Source of the DNA: Bdellovibrio sp. | GTDB lineage: Bacteria > Bdellovibrionota > Bdellovibrionia > Bdellovibrionales > Bdellovibrionaceae | Reading direction: 5' to 3' | DNA: 64,000 nt | NCBI GenBank assembly: GCA_036676395.1 | Contig: JAKFCY010000003.1 | Location: 538,330-602,329 of the forward strand | Part shown: piece after piece, positions 20,105 to 29,542 of the stretch | Position numbering within the stretch: position 1 is the first letter of the stretch | Layout of the letters: each line of letters begins with the position of its first letter | The notes under the pieces: generated by a model | What the model was told of the DNA's origin: nothing | The model's database searches: none | The model's input: only the letters and a program-made list of their open reading frames with translations | Position numbers and translations under genes: made by a program

Positions 20105-21010
20105 TTAACTTAGTGTGTTGTTATGATCGTCAGCTGAGTTTGGGGTCTCTTCGCTTGTGGTGATAGCTGAAGTGAATTCAATGATTTGTGGCAGATTCGT
20201 TAGGATATTTTTTTCGTAAAGTCTCATGTCGTGATTTTTTGCCAGTTCTTTTGCATTAAATTTATTTGCAAACTTCATACGTAAAGATGTGATGGCTAGC
20301 ATGAAAAGACGAACCATCAAATTTTTTTCATAATTATCGTTGTATGGTGTGACTGAATTAAAATTAAGTAGGAAGCCTTTACCAGCGTGACTCCAGCTGC
20401 TTTTTCCATACGGTGGCGGTACATCAGTGACATAGTCACCGTCATTTACGAAGCGGAAGTAAGGAATATTTAGGCTATTGTAAAAGTTAATAAACTCTAA
20501 ATTTCCGCAACGTGGTTGGCCGAATGTAATTAGATTTTTAACCGAAAGCTGAGGCGTCTTGGTTTGTAACAAAAAGCAATAAAGCATTGCCATCGCACCA
20601 CCTAATGAGTGGCCGGTAATAACAACATTTAAATTCGGATTTTTGGCTACCTCAGATTGAATATGAGTTCCAATTTCTTTAAAACTTAGCGTGCAAGCAT
20701 GCATAAAGCCTAGGTGATAATGTCCTGTCCCTGCAGGGTTTGGCGTGAGCTCAAGAATGGCATTCGTAATCCAGTCGGCAGTTGATTGTGACCCTTGAAA
20801 TACAATATATAAATTAGTTTTGTCTTTAACGATAAAAGCTTGTGTGTCAGTAGCTGTAATATTGAACCACGTTAATTCTGACTCAGAGTCGAAAAATAAA
20901 TTCTCAATCTTTTGTTTTGTTGCCTCAGCGTTATCAGAAAATTCATAAATCAATTGGCAAAGTTTAGCGCTGGTAACGATGTGTTCTACGGTCGGGTATG
21001 ATGTTTTCAT
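20105..21010 (-). CDS. Lipase class 3 family protein
   Basis: IVFQGS, H.GF, ITGHSLGGA, TFGQPR.GN, D.V.DVP. Confidence 0.93.
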   Translation of the reverse strand: MKTSYPTVEHIVTSAKLCQLIYEFSDNAEATKQKIENLFFDSESELTWFNITATDTQAFIVKDKTNLYIVFQGSQSTADWITNAILELTPNPAGTGHYHLGFMHACTLSFKEIGTHIQSEVAKNPNLNVVITGHSLGGAMAMLYCFLLQTKTPQLSVKNLITFGQPRCGNLEFINFYNSLNIPYFRFVNDGDYVTDVPPPYGKSSWSHAGKGFLLNFNSVTPYNDNYEKNLMVRLFMLAITSLRMKFANKFNAKELAKNHDMRLYEKNILTNLPQIIEFTSAITTSEETPNSADDHNNTLS

Positions 21011-21209
21011 CTGTTCTCCTCTTTAAAGTGGATGTTCACCACGAACATCCCGCAACTTAAGCATAGTACGGTCTAGTCGAGAGTTAAGAAGTATTACTGG
21101 TTCCAGACTGAAACTGGGCAATGGTCTAGTTTATGCGGCTCAGAGCCAATAGGATTTTTAATAGGTACTTGCAGGGAATAGGAGTACAATTACTGAGTAC
21201 AAACTTAAT

Positions 21210-21562
21210 GGGGGTGTACTGGCTTCGACGTGGGTCGTGAAGCAAAGGGAGCATACCGGGGCGCATGTGGACCTCGATAAAAACGTGCATATTACAATTG
21301 CTAACAACAATTATCAATTAGCAGCTTAGTTCTGTTAACGGATTTGGCGTAGGTCGACGGTGTCGATGCCTGATCCGACGATAATGCCGTCTCGGACTTC
21401 ACTGGTTTCTCTGGAGTGAAGTCTTAATAGTTATCCAGGGGATTGGTGTTCAGAATTTTGTTTGTGGAAGTCTGAGCACCTTAATTAAAACATAAACTAA
21501 GTATGTAGCGCCTTTTCGTGGATCTCTTGCGGACCCGGGTTCAATTCCCGGCACCTCCACCA
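21210..21562 (+). ncRNA. ssrA: tmRNA
   Basis: 5' GGGGGTG pairs with 3' CACCTCC-A-CCA (G3:U alanine determinant); T-arm CCGGG-TTCAATT-CCCGG; tag ORF GCT AAC AAC AAT TAT CAA TTA GCA GCT TAG (ANNNYQLAA) at 21300-21329. Confidence 0.98.
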
Positions 21563-21580
21563 ATTTTTTAGTTAGAACCC
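21552..21580 (+). repeat. attL-like copy of a 29-bp direct repeat (tmRNA 3' end)
   Basis: CACCTCCACCAATTTTTTAGTTAGAACCC, identical at 27616-27644. Confidence 0.92.
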
Positions 21581-21616
21581 GAACGTCCACGTAGGATTTT
21601 CGGGTTTTTCTTTTTT
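21574..21616 (+). terminator. ssrA terminator
   Basis: AACCCGAA...TTCGGGTT stem plus T-tract. Confidence 0.75.
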
Positions 21617-21631
21617 AAAATACTATTTTGA

Positions 21632-21691
21632 TAAGTTATATTAACTGTATATGGAGGTTATTAGAAATCGAACCCTCAGAGCACTCATTTT
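21632..21691 (+). pseudogene. 5' remnant of a ybaN-like gene (upstream region + MEVIRNRTLRALI)
   Basis: 54/60 nt identical to 47040-47099, the start of intact ybaN. Confidence 0.85.
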
Positions 21692-22661
21692 ATTCTTTAG
21701 CGTTATCGTTATCACCTGGTAGATTTTCTGGATTTTGCGGAGCTGTTAATAGCAATACTTCTTTGGTTGATTCGAGAAGTTTCTTTGATTGATCTTCTAC
21801 TTGAGCACTACAAGCTACTTCAATTTTTTTCGTAATAAGTGGAATTTCGAGGTCAGAGCCACGTTCAAATAAATCACTTAAAGCCTCAAGTGATTTATTA
21901 TATCTAATCAAAGCTTCATTCCCGTCTGGTGTGCCCAGAATTCCATACTCCTGGGCTAATGATACTGAGAGTCTTTGTTTCAAATAGGAATTTTTAAGTT
22001 TGTTGGTTTCAGTTAAAGATTTAATATACTCAGTTGTGGCTTCGGTTAACTGAGTAGTTGATTCTACGCCTTTGGTTTTTGCGATTTCAGTTTTTAATTT
22101 TTGATTCTCATTGGCAATTTCCATTGCACCTTTTACGACGTCTAGAAAAGTTTTTAAACCGTCTCCAATTATTTTAAGAATTAGCCAATCTGTTCCGGTA
22201 TCGACTCCACGAAATTCAATTTGAGGAGCCTTAGCGTTGCCGGAAAATAATTGAGAGAAGCTCTTCTCCAAAATATCTATATCTTCTTTTAAATCACTTA
22301 AATTTCGCTCTTGAGGCAATTTGAAATATACGAAGCCTTTTTCGGGTTTTTTAACCGCTTGATCTAGAATTTGATTCGCTTGATTCGCGAGTGATATTAA
22401 GATGTTTGTTCTGTTTTGAATAGTTTTATGTAATTCGCTTGAAACATTATCGAGCATTTTATCGTCTTTTACGACAGGCAGACTTGCAATTAATTGCATG
22501 GCTGCAATTTTAAGTGCGGCAATTTGTGATAAATTTTCTGCAGCTGACTTTAACGTTAGCAAACCAGAAATAGCAAAGCTATTACCTAAACTGTTTTGTG
22601 ATTTCAAGATAATTTTATCTAAGTTGTTAATGATAATTTCTTGCATCTTGGATAATCGCAT
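21690..22661 (-). CDS. Hypothetical helical / coiled-coil island protein
   Basis: Long ORF; RBS AGGTGG before ATG 22661. Confidence 0.75.
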   Translation of the reverse strand: MRLSKMQEIIINNLDKIILKSQNSLGNSFAISGLLTLKSAAENLSQIAALKIAAMQLIASLPVVKDDKMLDNVSSELHKTIQNRTNILISLANQANQILDQAVKKPEKGFVYFKLPQERNLSDLKEDIDILEKSFSQLFSGNAKAPQIEFRGVDTGTDWLILKIIGDGLKTFLDVVKGAMEIANENQKLKTEIAKTKGVESTTQLTEATTEYIKSLTETNKLKNSYLKQRLSVSLAQEYGILGTPDGNEALIRYNKSLEALSDLFERGSDLEIPLITKKIEVACSAQVEDQSKKLLESTKEVLLLTAPQNPENLPGDNDNAKE

Positions 22662-22816
22662 AAGGCCACCTTGTGTAAATAAAAACATATCGACATAAAA
22701 AAGTAAAAGTTTAGAAAATCCTTTATATCCAATTGTTCATTTCTGAGATTAAATCCGAACGATTGGAACATAATAAATTTTAGTTTAGTAATTTTGAATC
22801 CGAATAGCTTCATACA

Positions 22817-22855
22817 AAGAAAATCAGCACATTTGAAGTATGTGCTGATTTTCTT
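22817..22855. promoter_or_regulatory. Perfect 16-bp inverted repeat between divergent island genes
   Basis: AAGAAAATCAGCACAT-ttgaagt-ATGTGCTGATTTTCTT. Confidence 0.6.
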
Positions 22856-22909
22856 ATTCATGAGTGCCACTAAATATTAAAATTTTCGATTCACTCACTT
22901 GGGAGCAAT

Positions 22910-23605
22910 ATGAAAAACGCTACTAAGTCAGATCTTGCGAAGATTTTCCTGACGGCAATTCATAATGAAGAAATTGGTTTATCACGTCTAAATGTCTTAC
23001 ATGCGGCTACTCAAAGTTTGAATGGGATAGCTTCTGATCTATTACAGATTGGTACTTCTCGGCAAGATACGTTGATCTTATCTTGTGCACTTTTATCCCG
23101 TCTTGCCACTGAGTTAATTGATGGAATTTTTACGATGTTTAAACAAGGAAATGAATATTCGGCAGCATGTCTGCTTCGGCAACTGGTCGAAATTGAATAT
23201 TTATTTTTTCTTGGCTATTCAAATCCACAAAACTTAAATAAATGGTATAATGCTAGCCCTGAAGAACTCCGAAAGAAATTTACTCCCCAAAAAATGCGAA
23301 AAGAAGCTGATGGATTATTTAGCGATCAAGAATATTGGCATCATTGCGAAGTCGGTGGACACCCCCATCCCAACTCAATAGTAATGTTGCGAGAATATGC
23401 TGGAGGCGGAGTTCCAGCAGCATTCCTTCATCCTGATTCGGCTCATCATGTAAGACGATTATGGACATCTTTGCGCCTATTATTACCAAAAATAGATTGT
23501 GCTGCAGTACTCGATAAACACAAAGATCCATTGGTTGAAGCTATAAGGGATTGGGAGACTAAGGAAGATCCGACGATTTTGAAGATAGATGGCCTTAATC
23601 ATTAA
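22910..23605 (+). CDS. DUF5677-like (HEPN-like) helical protein
   Basis: SAACLLRQLVE and YWHHCEVGGHP motifs; RBS GGGAG. Confidence 0.6.
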   Translation: MKNATKSDLAKIFLTAIHNEEIGLSRLNVLHAATQSLNGIASDLLQIGTSRQDTLILSCALLSRLATELIDGIFTMFKQGNEYSAACLLRQLVEIEYLFFLGYSNPQNLNKWYNASPEELRKKFTPQKMRKEADGLFSDQEYWHHCEVGGHPHPNSIVMLREYAGGGVPAAFLHPDSAHHVRRLWTSLRLLLPKIDCAAVLDKHKDPLVEAIRDWETKEDPTILKIDGLNH

Positions 23606-23708
23606 ATATAAGTGTTTGCTCCTCGGCTACTGTTCTATTCTGGACTACCCCTTTTTTATAAATAAATTAATATTTGTTCTTGAGCTTAAAATGATTCAAG
23701 GTGGGCTT

Positions 23709-24806
23709 GTGAGCGATTACGAAGAAAAAGAAGAGAAAGTACGTCGAGATAAGATAGAACTTTCGGAAGAAGAATTTGAAAAAGGTAGGCAGGAAATTCT
23801 TTTTGCCGTCAATTCAGCTAGAAATAATAAACTACAAGATAGAGTTGCTTGGATACTTAATCATTACCCAGCAGCTAGAGATTCAGACATAACACTTAGT
23901 TTAAGTTACTGGGAGCAATTTGAACCTGAATTTTTAGATGGTGAGGTAATTAAGAAGTTAAATCTTTTTAAACTTACTAAAACTAATTCATTAACTCGAG
24001 AACGAGCGCGTATTCAAAATGTCTATAAATTGTATTTAGCAAGTGATAAAGTTCGAAAGCATCGTGGAAAATTAGAAGAAGATCAGTATGCGGCGGCGAT
24101 ATCGGAGCAGCCTAATTTTCCTGTATCAGTAGTTTATGCGGACGAAAGTGGTAAGAATGATAAGTTTTTAATTGTCGGCAGTCTTTGGATTCTTAATGGT
24201 CGCGAAGCCTTTCGCCTTCAGCAGCAAATTGAGGCCTGGAAAATTCAAAAATGTATAACTTATGAGTTTCATTTTGCGGAATTAAAAAAACAGCAATTAG
24301 AAGAATACAAAGAGCTAGTTGATCTTTTGCATGCGGAATCTGCTTTACTAGGTTTCAAAGGAATGTTTGTAGAACGTGCGGGGACAGGGCATCAGTCTGA
24401 AGTATATGGCGATCTATTTTATCACTTAATTGTAAAAGGTATCGAACATGACCATGGTAAAAATAGGGCGCCACTGCCCAGAACTATTCAATTTTTGAAA
24501 GATCAAGAGAGTACGGGTGGCGATAAGCTTCTATTGGCTAATTTAAAAGATCGATTGCAACAGGTTTCTGTAAATAAATTCGATAAAAAATTATACATAG
24601 ACCAGATTGAAGCGATGGACTCAAAGGCATTGATACATCTGCAGCTCACAGATTTATTTACTGGTTCAGTTAATCGACATTTAAATCATAATAACGATGT
24701 TAAGAATCATAAAGATGAATTTGCGGATTATTTTATAGATAAATTTCGCATCAAAAGAAAAAAGCTTTCTGGTGAAGATGTTACTGCCTTACTTAGTTTT
24801 GATTAA
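23709..24806 (+). CDS. DUF3800 domain protein with an N-terminal extension (start 23691 or 23709)
   Basis: VYADESG, EFHF and LQLTDL motifs typical of DUF3800. Confidence 0.85.
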   Translation: MSDYEEKEEKVRRDKIELSEEEFEKGRQEILFAVNSARNNKLQDRVAWILNHYPAARDSDITLSLSYWEQFEPEFLDGEVIKKLNLFKLTKTNSLTRERARIQNVYKLYLASDKVRKHRGKLEEDQYAAAISEQPNFPVSVVYADESGKNDKFLIVGSLWILNGREAFRLQQQIEAWKIQKCITYEFHFAELKKQQLEEYKELVDLLHAESALLGFKGMFVERAGTGHQSEVYGDLFYHLIVKGIEHDHGKNRAPLPRTIQFLKDQESTGGDKLLLANLKDRLQQVSVNKFDKKLYIDQIEAMDSKALIHLQLTDLFTGSVNRHLNHNNDVKNHKDEFADYFIDKFRIKRKKLSGEDVTALLSFD

Positions 24807-24942
24807 AGCTACTAGTTGATTAAGGTAACGCATTAGCAAGTGAGATAGTCTAACAAAGCAGAAGGCCGAGCGAAGTTAAGTGATTAAGTCACTTATTCGA
24901 ATCTATGTAGAAGTTTTTTATTTGTAGGGTAAGGTATATTAT

Positions 24943-25806
24943 ATGGAAGAAATAAAAAGGTCTCGAAAAGCGCTTATTCTTTTTCCTCAGTCTAAGCTAG
25001 GAAAAATAATTTTGTACCTAATCTTGGGTGCTAAAGTTTTGATGTATGTGGTCAGGGCATTTACGCTGCCGGATAAAACTCTGACGGCTGATCCTAGCCT
25101 GCTGTCTTTGATTGGTATGTTAATAGATATTATAAGTGTTGTTAGTGTTGATCTTATTATCATGTGGATTGCGCGCTGGATACTTGTAAAAACTAAAATA
25201 TTGGAAGTGCAGAATACTGATAAGACTGAGTTTAGCCGTCTCTTTGCGGCGATAGTTGGTATCATTCTTATCAGTTCAATTGCTATTCCGATTTTCGTTA
25301 GTGGCGGTTTTCCGTTAAAGAAGACGTCATCTCCTACTTCTAATGTCGATAATCTTTCTTCTGAAGAAAAGGCAAGATTTCGGGAGATTATGACTGCTGT
25401 AATACAATCTAATGAGAATTTGACAGCAGAAATTCATTCTGAGTTTTGGATATTGTTGCGAAAAATGGGAGTTCGCGAAGAAGGACAAATCGCACAGCTT
25501 AAGGACGTAATGACAGGCGCTTCTGGAAAATATCAAAGATATGTTTGGGAAGATGCGCAGAAATCATTGCGAGAAGGTCGCGTATTCAAATCACCAGAAC
25601 GAGAAGCATATGAAAAATATCTTCAGTCAATTGGTATGACCGAAGATCGTCGCATTCAGAACGATGAGTTCATAAAGAAAATAGCAAATAAGATTGCGAT
25701 CCCAATTCAAGGAGAAAATGTGGTTATGAACGAAGAAATGATTAAGGAAATACTTTCTAATCTTGCTAGTGCGACTGCGAGAATAGACAAACTTTTTACC
25801 CCTTAA
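24943..25806 (+). CDS. Hypothetical membrane protein (3 TM + helical domain)
   Basis: Three hydrophobic segments in the N-terminal third. Confidence 0.7.
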   Translation: MEEIKRSRKALILFPQSKLGKIILYLILGAKVLMYVVRAFTLPDKTLTADPSLLSLIGMLIDIISVVSVDLIIMWIARWILVKTKILEVQNTDKTEFSRLFAAIVGIILISSIAIPIFVSGGFPLKKTSSPTSNVDNLSSEEKARFREIMTAVIQSNENLTAEIHSEFWILLRKMGVREEGQIAQLKDVMTGASGKYQRYVWEDAQKSLREGRVFKSPEREAYEKYLQSIGMTEDRRIQNDEFIKKIANKIAIPIQGENVVMNEEMIKEILSNLASATARIDKLFTP

Positions 25807-25962
25807 GTGATTTGTAGAAATAGAAATTCATGAGCAGTATTTTTCATCAGGTAAAGAGTTTTATAGATCAGACATTGTTGAGAGATTTAAAAATTATTTT
25901 TTGGTTATGTAAGCCATACATATATTTTGGCGATTACAAAGATTAAGAGAGGGATAAGGTTT

Positions 25963-26091
25963 ATGAAAGGTATTGTTGCGAATATCAATCAATGTCGTGG
26001 AATGGTTGCAGTAAAAACTAACAAGTATATGATTTTTGTGATTCAAGATTCATCAGTAATGAAAGCTCCGATATTGAGAGATGAAATTTAA
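25963..26091 (+). pseudogene. Small ORF or gene fragment (42 aa, MKGIVANINQCRGMVAVKT...)
   Basis: RBS-like GGGATAAGG; its stop codon abuts the ATG at 26092. Confidence 0.45.
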
Positions 26092-26652
26092 ATGGATTTG
26101 ACTTCAATAGTTAACATCATTTCTGCGATTGTAATTGGCATTCTTACTTTCTTGATATGGAGAGCAACACAAGCTCAGGCAGAGACTACAGATGCGTTGC
26201 GTGCAATAGAAACTCAGCGTGACTTCGCAGAAGATCCAAGAGTATTTATTTGCATCGATGGTTATCATCCAGACACCCAGGTAGCTAGTTTTGTCATGCA
26301 AAACTCAGGCAAGAAGAGTCTGTTTCTTCGGTCCTTGCAAATTTACTCTTCTGGAATGGAAGTAGAAATGTTTAACATGGAAATGGGATCTAAAAATGAT
26401 CGAATGATGGTCCCAAGACAAGAAATTCGTGATTTAGTTATTACACCAGATAAAACCGAAAAATTTTATTTCAAACTTAACGGCAGTGGCCAGCACTTCG
26501 AGTTATTGGCTCAACTTTATACCGGCAATCCGGTTCGCCTTAAAATGAACCCATCCTACTATAACGGATATGAATTGCGCGCTATAGGCGGAACTGAACT
26601 TAAAGCCTACTTTAAGGGTAGGGAGTTAAATAAAAACGGTGATGCTAGTTAA
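26092..26652 (+). CDS. Membrane-anchored hypothetical protein
   Basis: N-terminal TM helix followed by a beta-rich domain. Confidence 0.7.
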   Translation: MDLTSIVNIISAIVIGILTFLIWRATQAQAETTDALRAIETQRDFAEDPRVFICIDGYHPDTQVASFVMQNSGKKSLFLRSLQIYSSGMEVEMFNMEMGSKNDRMMVPRQEIRDLVITPDKTEKFYFKLNGSGQHFELLAQLYTGNPVRLKMNPSYYNGYELRAIGGTELKAYFKGRELNKNGDAS

Positions 26653-26685
26653 TTAGATTAGTCAGAAAAATAAATAGGAGCGATT

Positions 26686-26889
26686 ATGGATTCTAAAAAA
26701 GAAAATACTCAACGAATTACTGTGGGAGAGTTGATTGACCACTTAAAAGTTTTTGATAAAGATTCGGAAGTGATTTTTGGTAATGAGGAAATAAGTTTTT
26801 ATCGAACGAAGTATAGGGGAGAAAAACTTGTTCAGATTGAGTTTAATGAAATAATACTTGATGGAAAGATTACTAGACTCACGGAATAG
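26686..26889 (+). CDS. Small hypothetical protein
   Basis: RBS AGGAG; ITVGELIDHLKVFD N-terminus. Confidence 0.65.
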   Translation: MDSKKENTQRITVGELIDHLKVFDKDSEVIFGNEEISFYRTKYRGEKLVQIEFNEIILDGKITRLTE

Positions 26890-26963
26890 AAGACTCATTA
26901 TAAAAGTACGTATGATGCAGGGTGGTTTGAAGTTACCCATTCTAACCTAAAAGGAGAGTTGGC

Positions 26964-27520
26964 GTGGATCAAAAAAAGTTAAAAATTGCGTACCATGAAA
27001 CAGGTCATGCGGTTATGGCATTGATTTGTGGCCAAGATATACAGAAGGTTTCGCTTAGAGAAATGGACTCGCCTTTAGGAACAGATAAGTATCTTGCGTC
27101 TGCGTCACTTGAACCCTTCAGGCAAGAGCCGACTATTACGATTAACGAATCTAATCGGAGAATCATGATCTGGTTGGCAGGCTTTACAGGAGATGGATTA
27201 TTTTCTGAGGGCGTAATCAGTAATTTCGGCGGTGACGACTTAATGAGGGCAACACGTTGGATTGAAAATATGTTAGAAAACGAAATGTTTAGAAGTTTCG
27301 CAGAGCAGTTACCAGACCCCGCACCAGGTACATTAGATTTGATTGAGAACCTTCTGGTTAGACGATACATCGACTATATGATGCAAAAGTGCTTTGAGAC
27401 ACTGGGGCCGCTAAAACCGACAATTAAGGAATAGCTGAAGAATTGTATCGACGTGAGGAACTCACAGGAGATGAGATCTCTGCCCTTTTCAATTCTTTTA
27501 TGCAGTCGCGCCTATATTAA
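26964..27520 (+). pseudogene. Peptidase M41 (FtsH protease domain)-like gene, frameshifted at ~27430
   Basis: IAYHETGHA zinc motif and GGDD. The frame stops at 27434, but IAEELYRREELTGDEI continues in another frame (27431-27520). Confidence 0.8.
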
Positions 27521-27584
27521 GTTTAAGCTATTTCAAAAGCCTTGAAATTAGGCTAGAATAGCCAGGTACACAAAAGAAGTGGGC

Positions 27585-27680
27585 TGCGGACATCATGGTT
27601 CGGCAATCGAGTCTCCACCTCCACCAATTTTTTAGTTAGAACCCAGATGTCCGCAAAGGATTTCTGCGTTCTCTTTTTTC
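27585..27680 (+). repeat. attR-like copy of the tmRNA 3' end with a degenerate terminator
   Basis: TGCGGACA..., exact 29-mer at 27616-27644, then AGATGTCCGCAAAGGATTTCTGCGTTCT resembling the ssrA terminator. Confidence 0.9.
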
Positions 27681-27719
27681 AGACGTCAACGTCGCACGAT
27701 GAACTAATCTCTATTTTTT

Positions 27720-28226
27720 TCAGACATATCGATGCATTCTTTTCTCCTGCAATTCAGTCTTGAGGTCGCAACTTGTCAGTCGAAGCATTAAGATTGAACT
27801 CGAAATGCATTTTGTGTCGTGGATATCGCCGGGCAAGTAAACCCGACTTTCACCCGCCGTCATTCGGTACTTTTCACGTCGAACTATTTCGATGTTACCT
27901 TGCCGCTCAGTGCGCCCATAGGTTCCCATTTCAATTTCGCCTCGTTGAACAGCGTAGATGACCCATCCGTTTCCATGATCATGAGGGTGTCGATACAACC
28001 CCTCGTTTTCTGTGTGCGCTAAAAGAATGAATCCATGTTCGGGATCTCGATACAGTTCGCGGCTTTCATCAAGATCTTCTTTTAGAGCTGCTAGCCACGG
28101 TTCAGAAATGGGTGCATGTACAAGATCTTCGAGCAAAGCCTGGGTTTTTATAACCAGTTTTGAATCTAATGGTCCCCATATTTTTCGAATCTCTTCGATG
28201 AATTTAGTTAGCGAATCTTTTTTCAT
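27720..28226 (-). CDS. Cupin / cysteine-dioxygenase-like protein
   Basis: LYRDPEHGF, PHDHG.GWVIY and GDIH metal ligands. Confidence 0.8.
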   Translation of the reverse strand: MKKDSLTKFIEEIRKIWGPLDSKLVIKTQALLEDLVHAPISEPWLAALKEDLDESRELYRDPEHGFILLAHTENEGLYRHPHDHGNGWVIYAVQRGEIEMGTYGRTERQGNIEIVRREKYRMTAGESRVYLPGDIHDTKCISSSILMLRLTSCDLKTELQEKRMHRYV

Positions 28227-29425
28227 AAGTTCTCCTTTTTTGAGTGTTTGAGTTGATTGATTAGCAGAATGACGATCAAGAAGGCCGCCATCGAGAAAGT
28301 GATTTGTAATCCAACTGAAATGTTTTTCTCAGCCGCATCGGAGACGCTTCCCATTAAGTAAGTGCCAGCGATCAAGCCCAAGTTGCGCGAAAGATTTAGT
28401 GCGCCTGCTGCGATCCCGCGATGTTCGGTGCGAGCGTTTTGCATGAAGCTGTTTGAATTAGCGGATAAAAAAAGTTGGTAACCAAAACTTAGAAGAACTG
28501 CAGAGATTACAAATCCTAAAGATCCAAACTGCTTCGGTAAAAAAATAAATGAGATGCTTCCAACTAATACCTGCATAAATCCAAATTTAATAATGAGGCT
28601 GTAACCGAACCGATCGACGGCGTAACCAGCAACTATTCCAGAAAGAATTGATGTGATGGGACCCGCCGACATAACAAGACCCATGTGGCCAGGATCAAGG
28701 TGCAAAGCATGAGTCAGATAAAAGGGGCCTATGATCAAAGTTGAAACCATAACGGCCGATACCGCAAAATTTGAAAACAGATGCATTCTAAACGAAGAGT
28801 CAGAGCAGAATGATTTGGCCGTATCGAAAAAGTTACTCTGTTGTTTGTTATGGCTTGAACTTTCACTAAGCCGAACGAACTTGAAAATTAATAAAAGAGT
28901 AAAAATTCCAAGCGCCACCATCGCAGAAAATATCGTGCGCCAGCCAAACTCTGCGATAAGCAATCCGCTGATCAATGGACCTGTCGCGGTTCCTACGGCC
29001 GACATCGTAGCAAGAAATCCGATGGCCCGACCCATTTTCTGATCAGGCAAAGTATCTGTTATGATGGCGATGGGAAGTACGGCAAGTGCTGCGGCGCCAA
29101 TTCCTTGTATCACTCGACCGAAGATCAAGGCTGAGAATGAAAATGAAAAACTGGAAATAAACGTTCCGGCGCTAAACATGGCCGCTCCTAATAGAAGAAT
29201 ATTTCGTCGTCCGTTTAGGTCTGCGAGCCTACCTGCGACAAGACTAAATAATGTGATTGCCAATAGATACGAGAGAACGATCCATCGTACGGCCGAAAAA
29301 GAAAGTGAGAATTCCTCGGCGATAGACGGTAATGCAAGATTAGCCATGCTTGTGCCGGCCGAGACAAGAAGAGCCGATAAGGCCAGAGTTCCTACCAATA
29401 AGTTTTGTTTGCATCGTAATCTCAT
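28223..29425 (-). CDS. MFS efflux transporter
   Basis: GRLADLNGRR motif A; GRVIQGIGAA; multiple TM helices. Confidence 0.93.
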   Translation of the reverse strand: MRLRCKQNLLVGTLALSALLVSAGTSMANLALPSIAEEFSLSFSAVRWIVLSYLLAITLFSLVAGRLADLNGRRNILLLGAAMFSAGTFISSFSFSFSALIFGRVIQGIGAAALAVLPIAIITDTLPDQKMGRAIGFLATMSAVGTATGPLISGLLIAEFGWRTIFSAMVALGIFTLLLIFKFVRLSESSSHNKQQSNFFDTAKSFCSDSSFRMHLFSNFAVSAVMVSTLIIGPFYLTHALHLDPGHMGLVMSAGPITSILSGIVAGYAVDRFGYSLIIKFGFMQVLVGSISFIFLPKQFGSLGFVISAVLLSFGYQLFLSANSNSFMQNARTEHRGIAAGALNLSRNLGLIAGTYLMGSVSDAAEKNISVGLQITFSMAAFLIVILLINQLKHSKKENL

Positions 29426-29431
29426 GATCCC

Positions 29432-29462
29432 AGTGTGCAACCTCAAGTGAACTTGAGTTCAA
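29432..29462 (-). promoter_or_regulatory. MerR-type promoter with a 19-bp spacer and a SoxR-box-like operator
   Basis: Minus strand TTGAAC-N19-CACACT; palindrome CTCAAGTGAACTTGAG within the spacer. Confidence 0.8.
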
Positions 29463-29522
29463 GTCTATTCTGGCAAAAATAGACTTTTTATTGGCTTTTA
29501 TAGGTGTTTGCCTTAACCTGAG

Positions 29523-29542
29523 ACCTCAAGTTCAATTGAGGT
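29523..29542. promoter_or_regulatory. Second MerR operator (autoregulatory)
   Basis: ACCTCAAGTTCAATTGAGGT immediately upstream of the merR ATG. Confidence 0.75.

Larger units (their letters stand above)
21552..27644. mobile_element. ~6.1 kb genomic island or remnant integrated at the tmRNA 3' end (no integrase in the window)
   Basis: Flanked by the exact 29-bp direct repeat; AT-rich ORFan cargo. Confidence 0.85.

Noticed and set aside
21126..21317. 63-aa minus-strand ORF
   Set aside because: Antisense to tmRNA; no coding features.
24848..24881. GTCTAAC...GTTAAGT resembling integron attC ends
   Set aside because: Only ~34 bp (too short), no internal L-box pairing, not repeated after other genes, and no intI.
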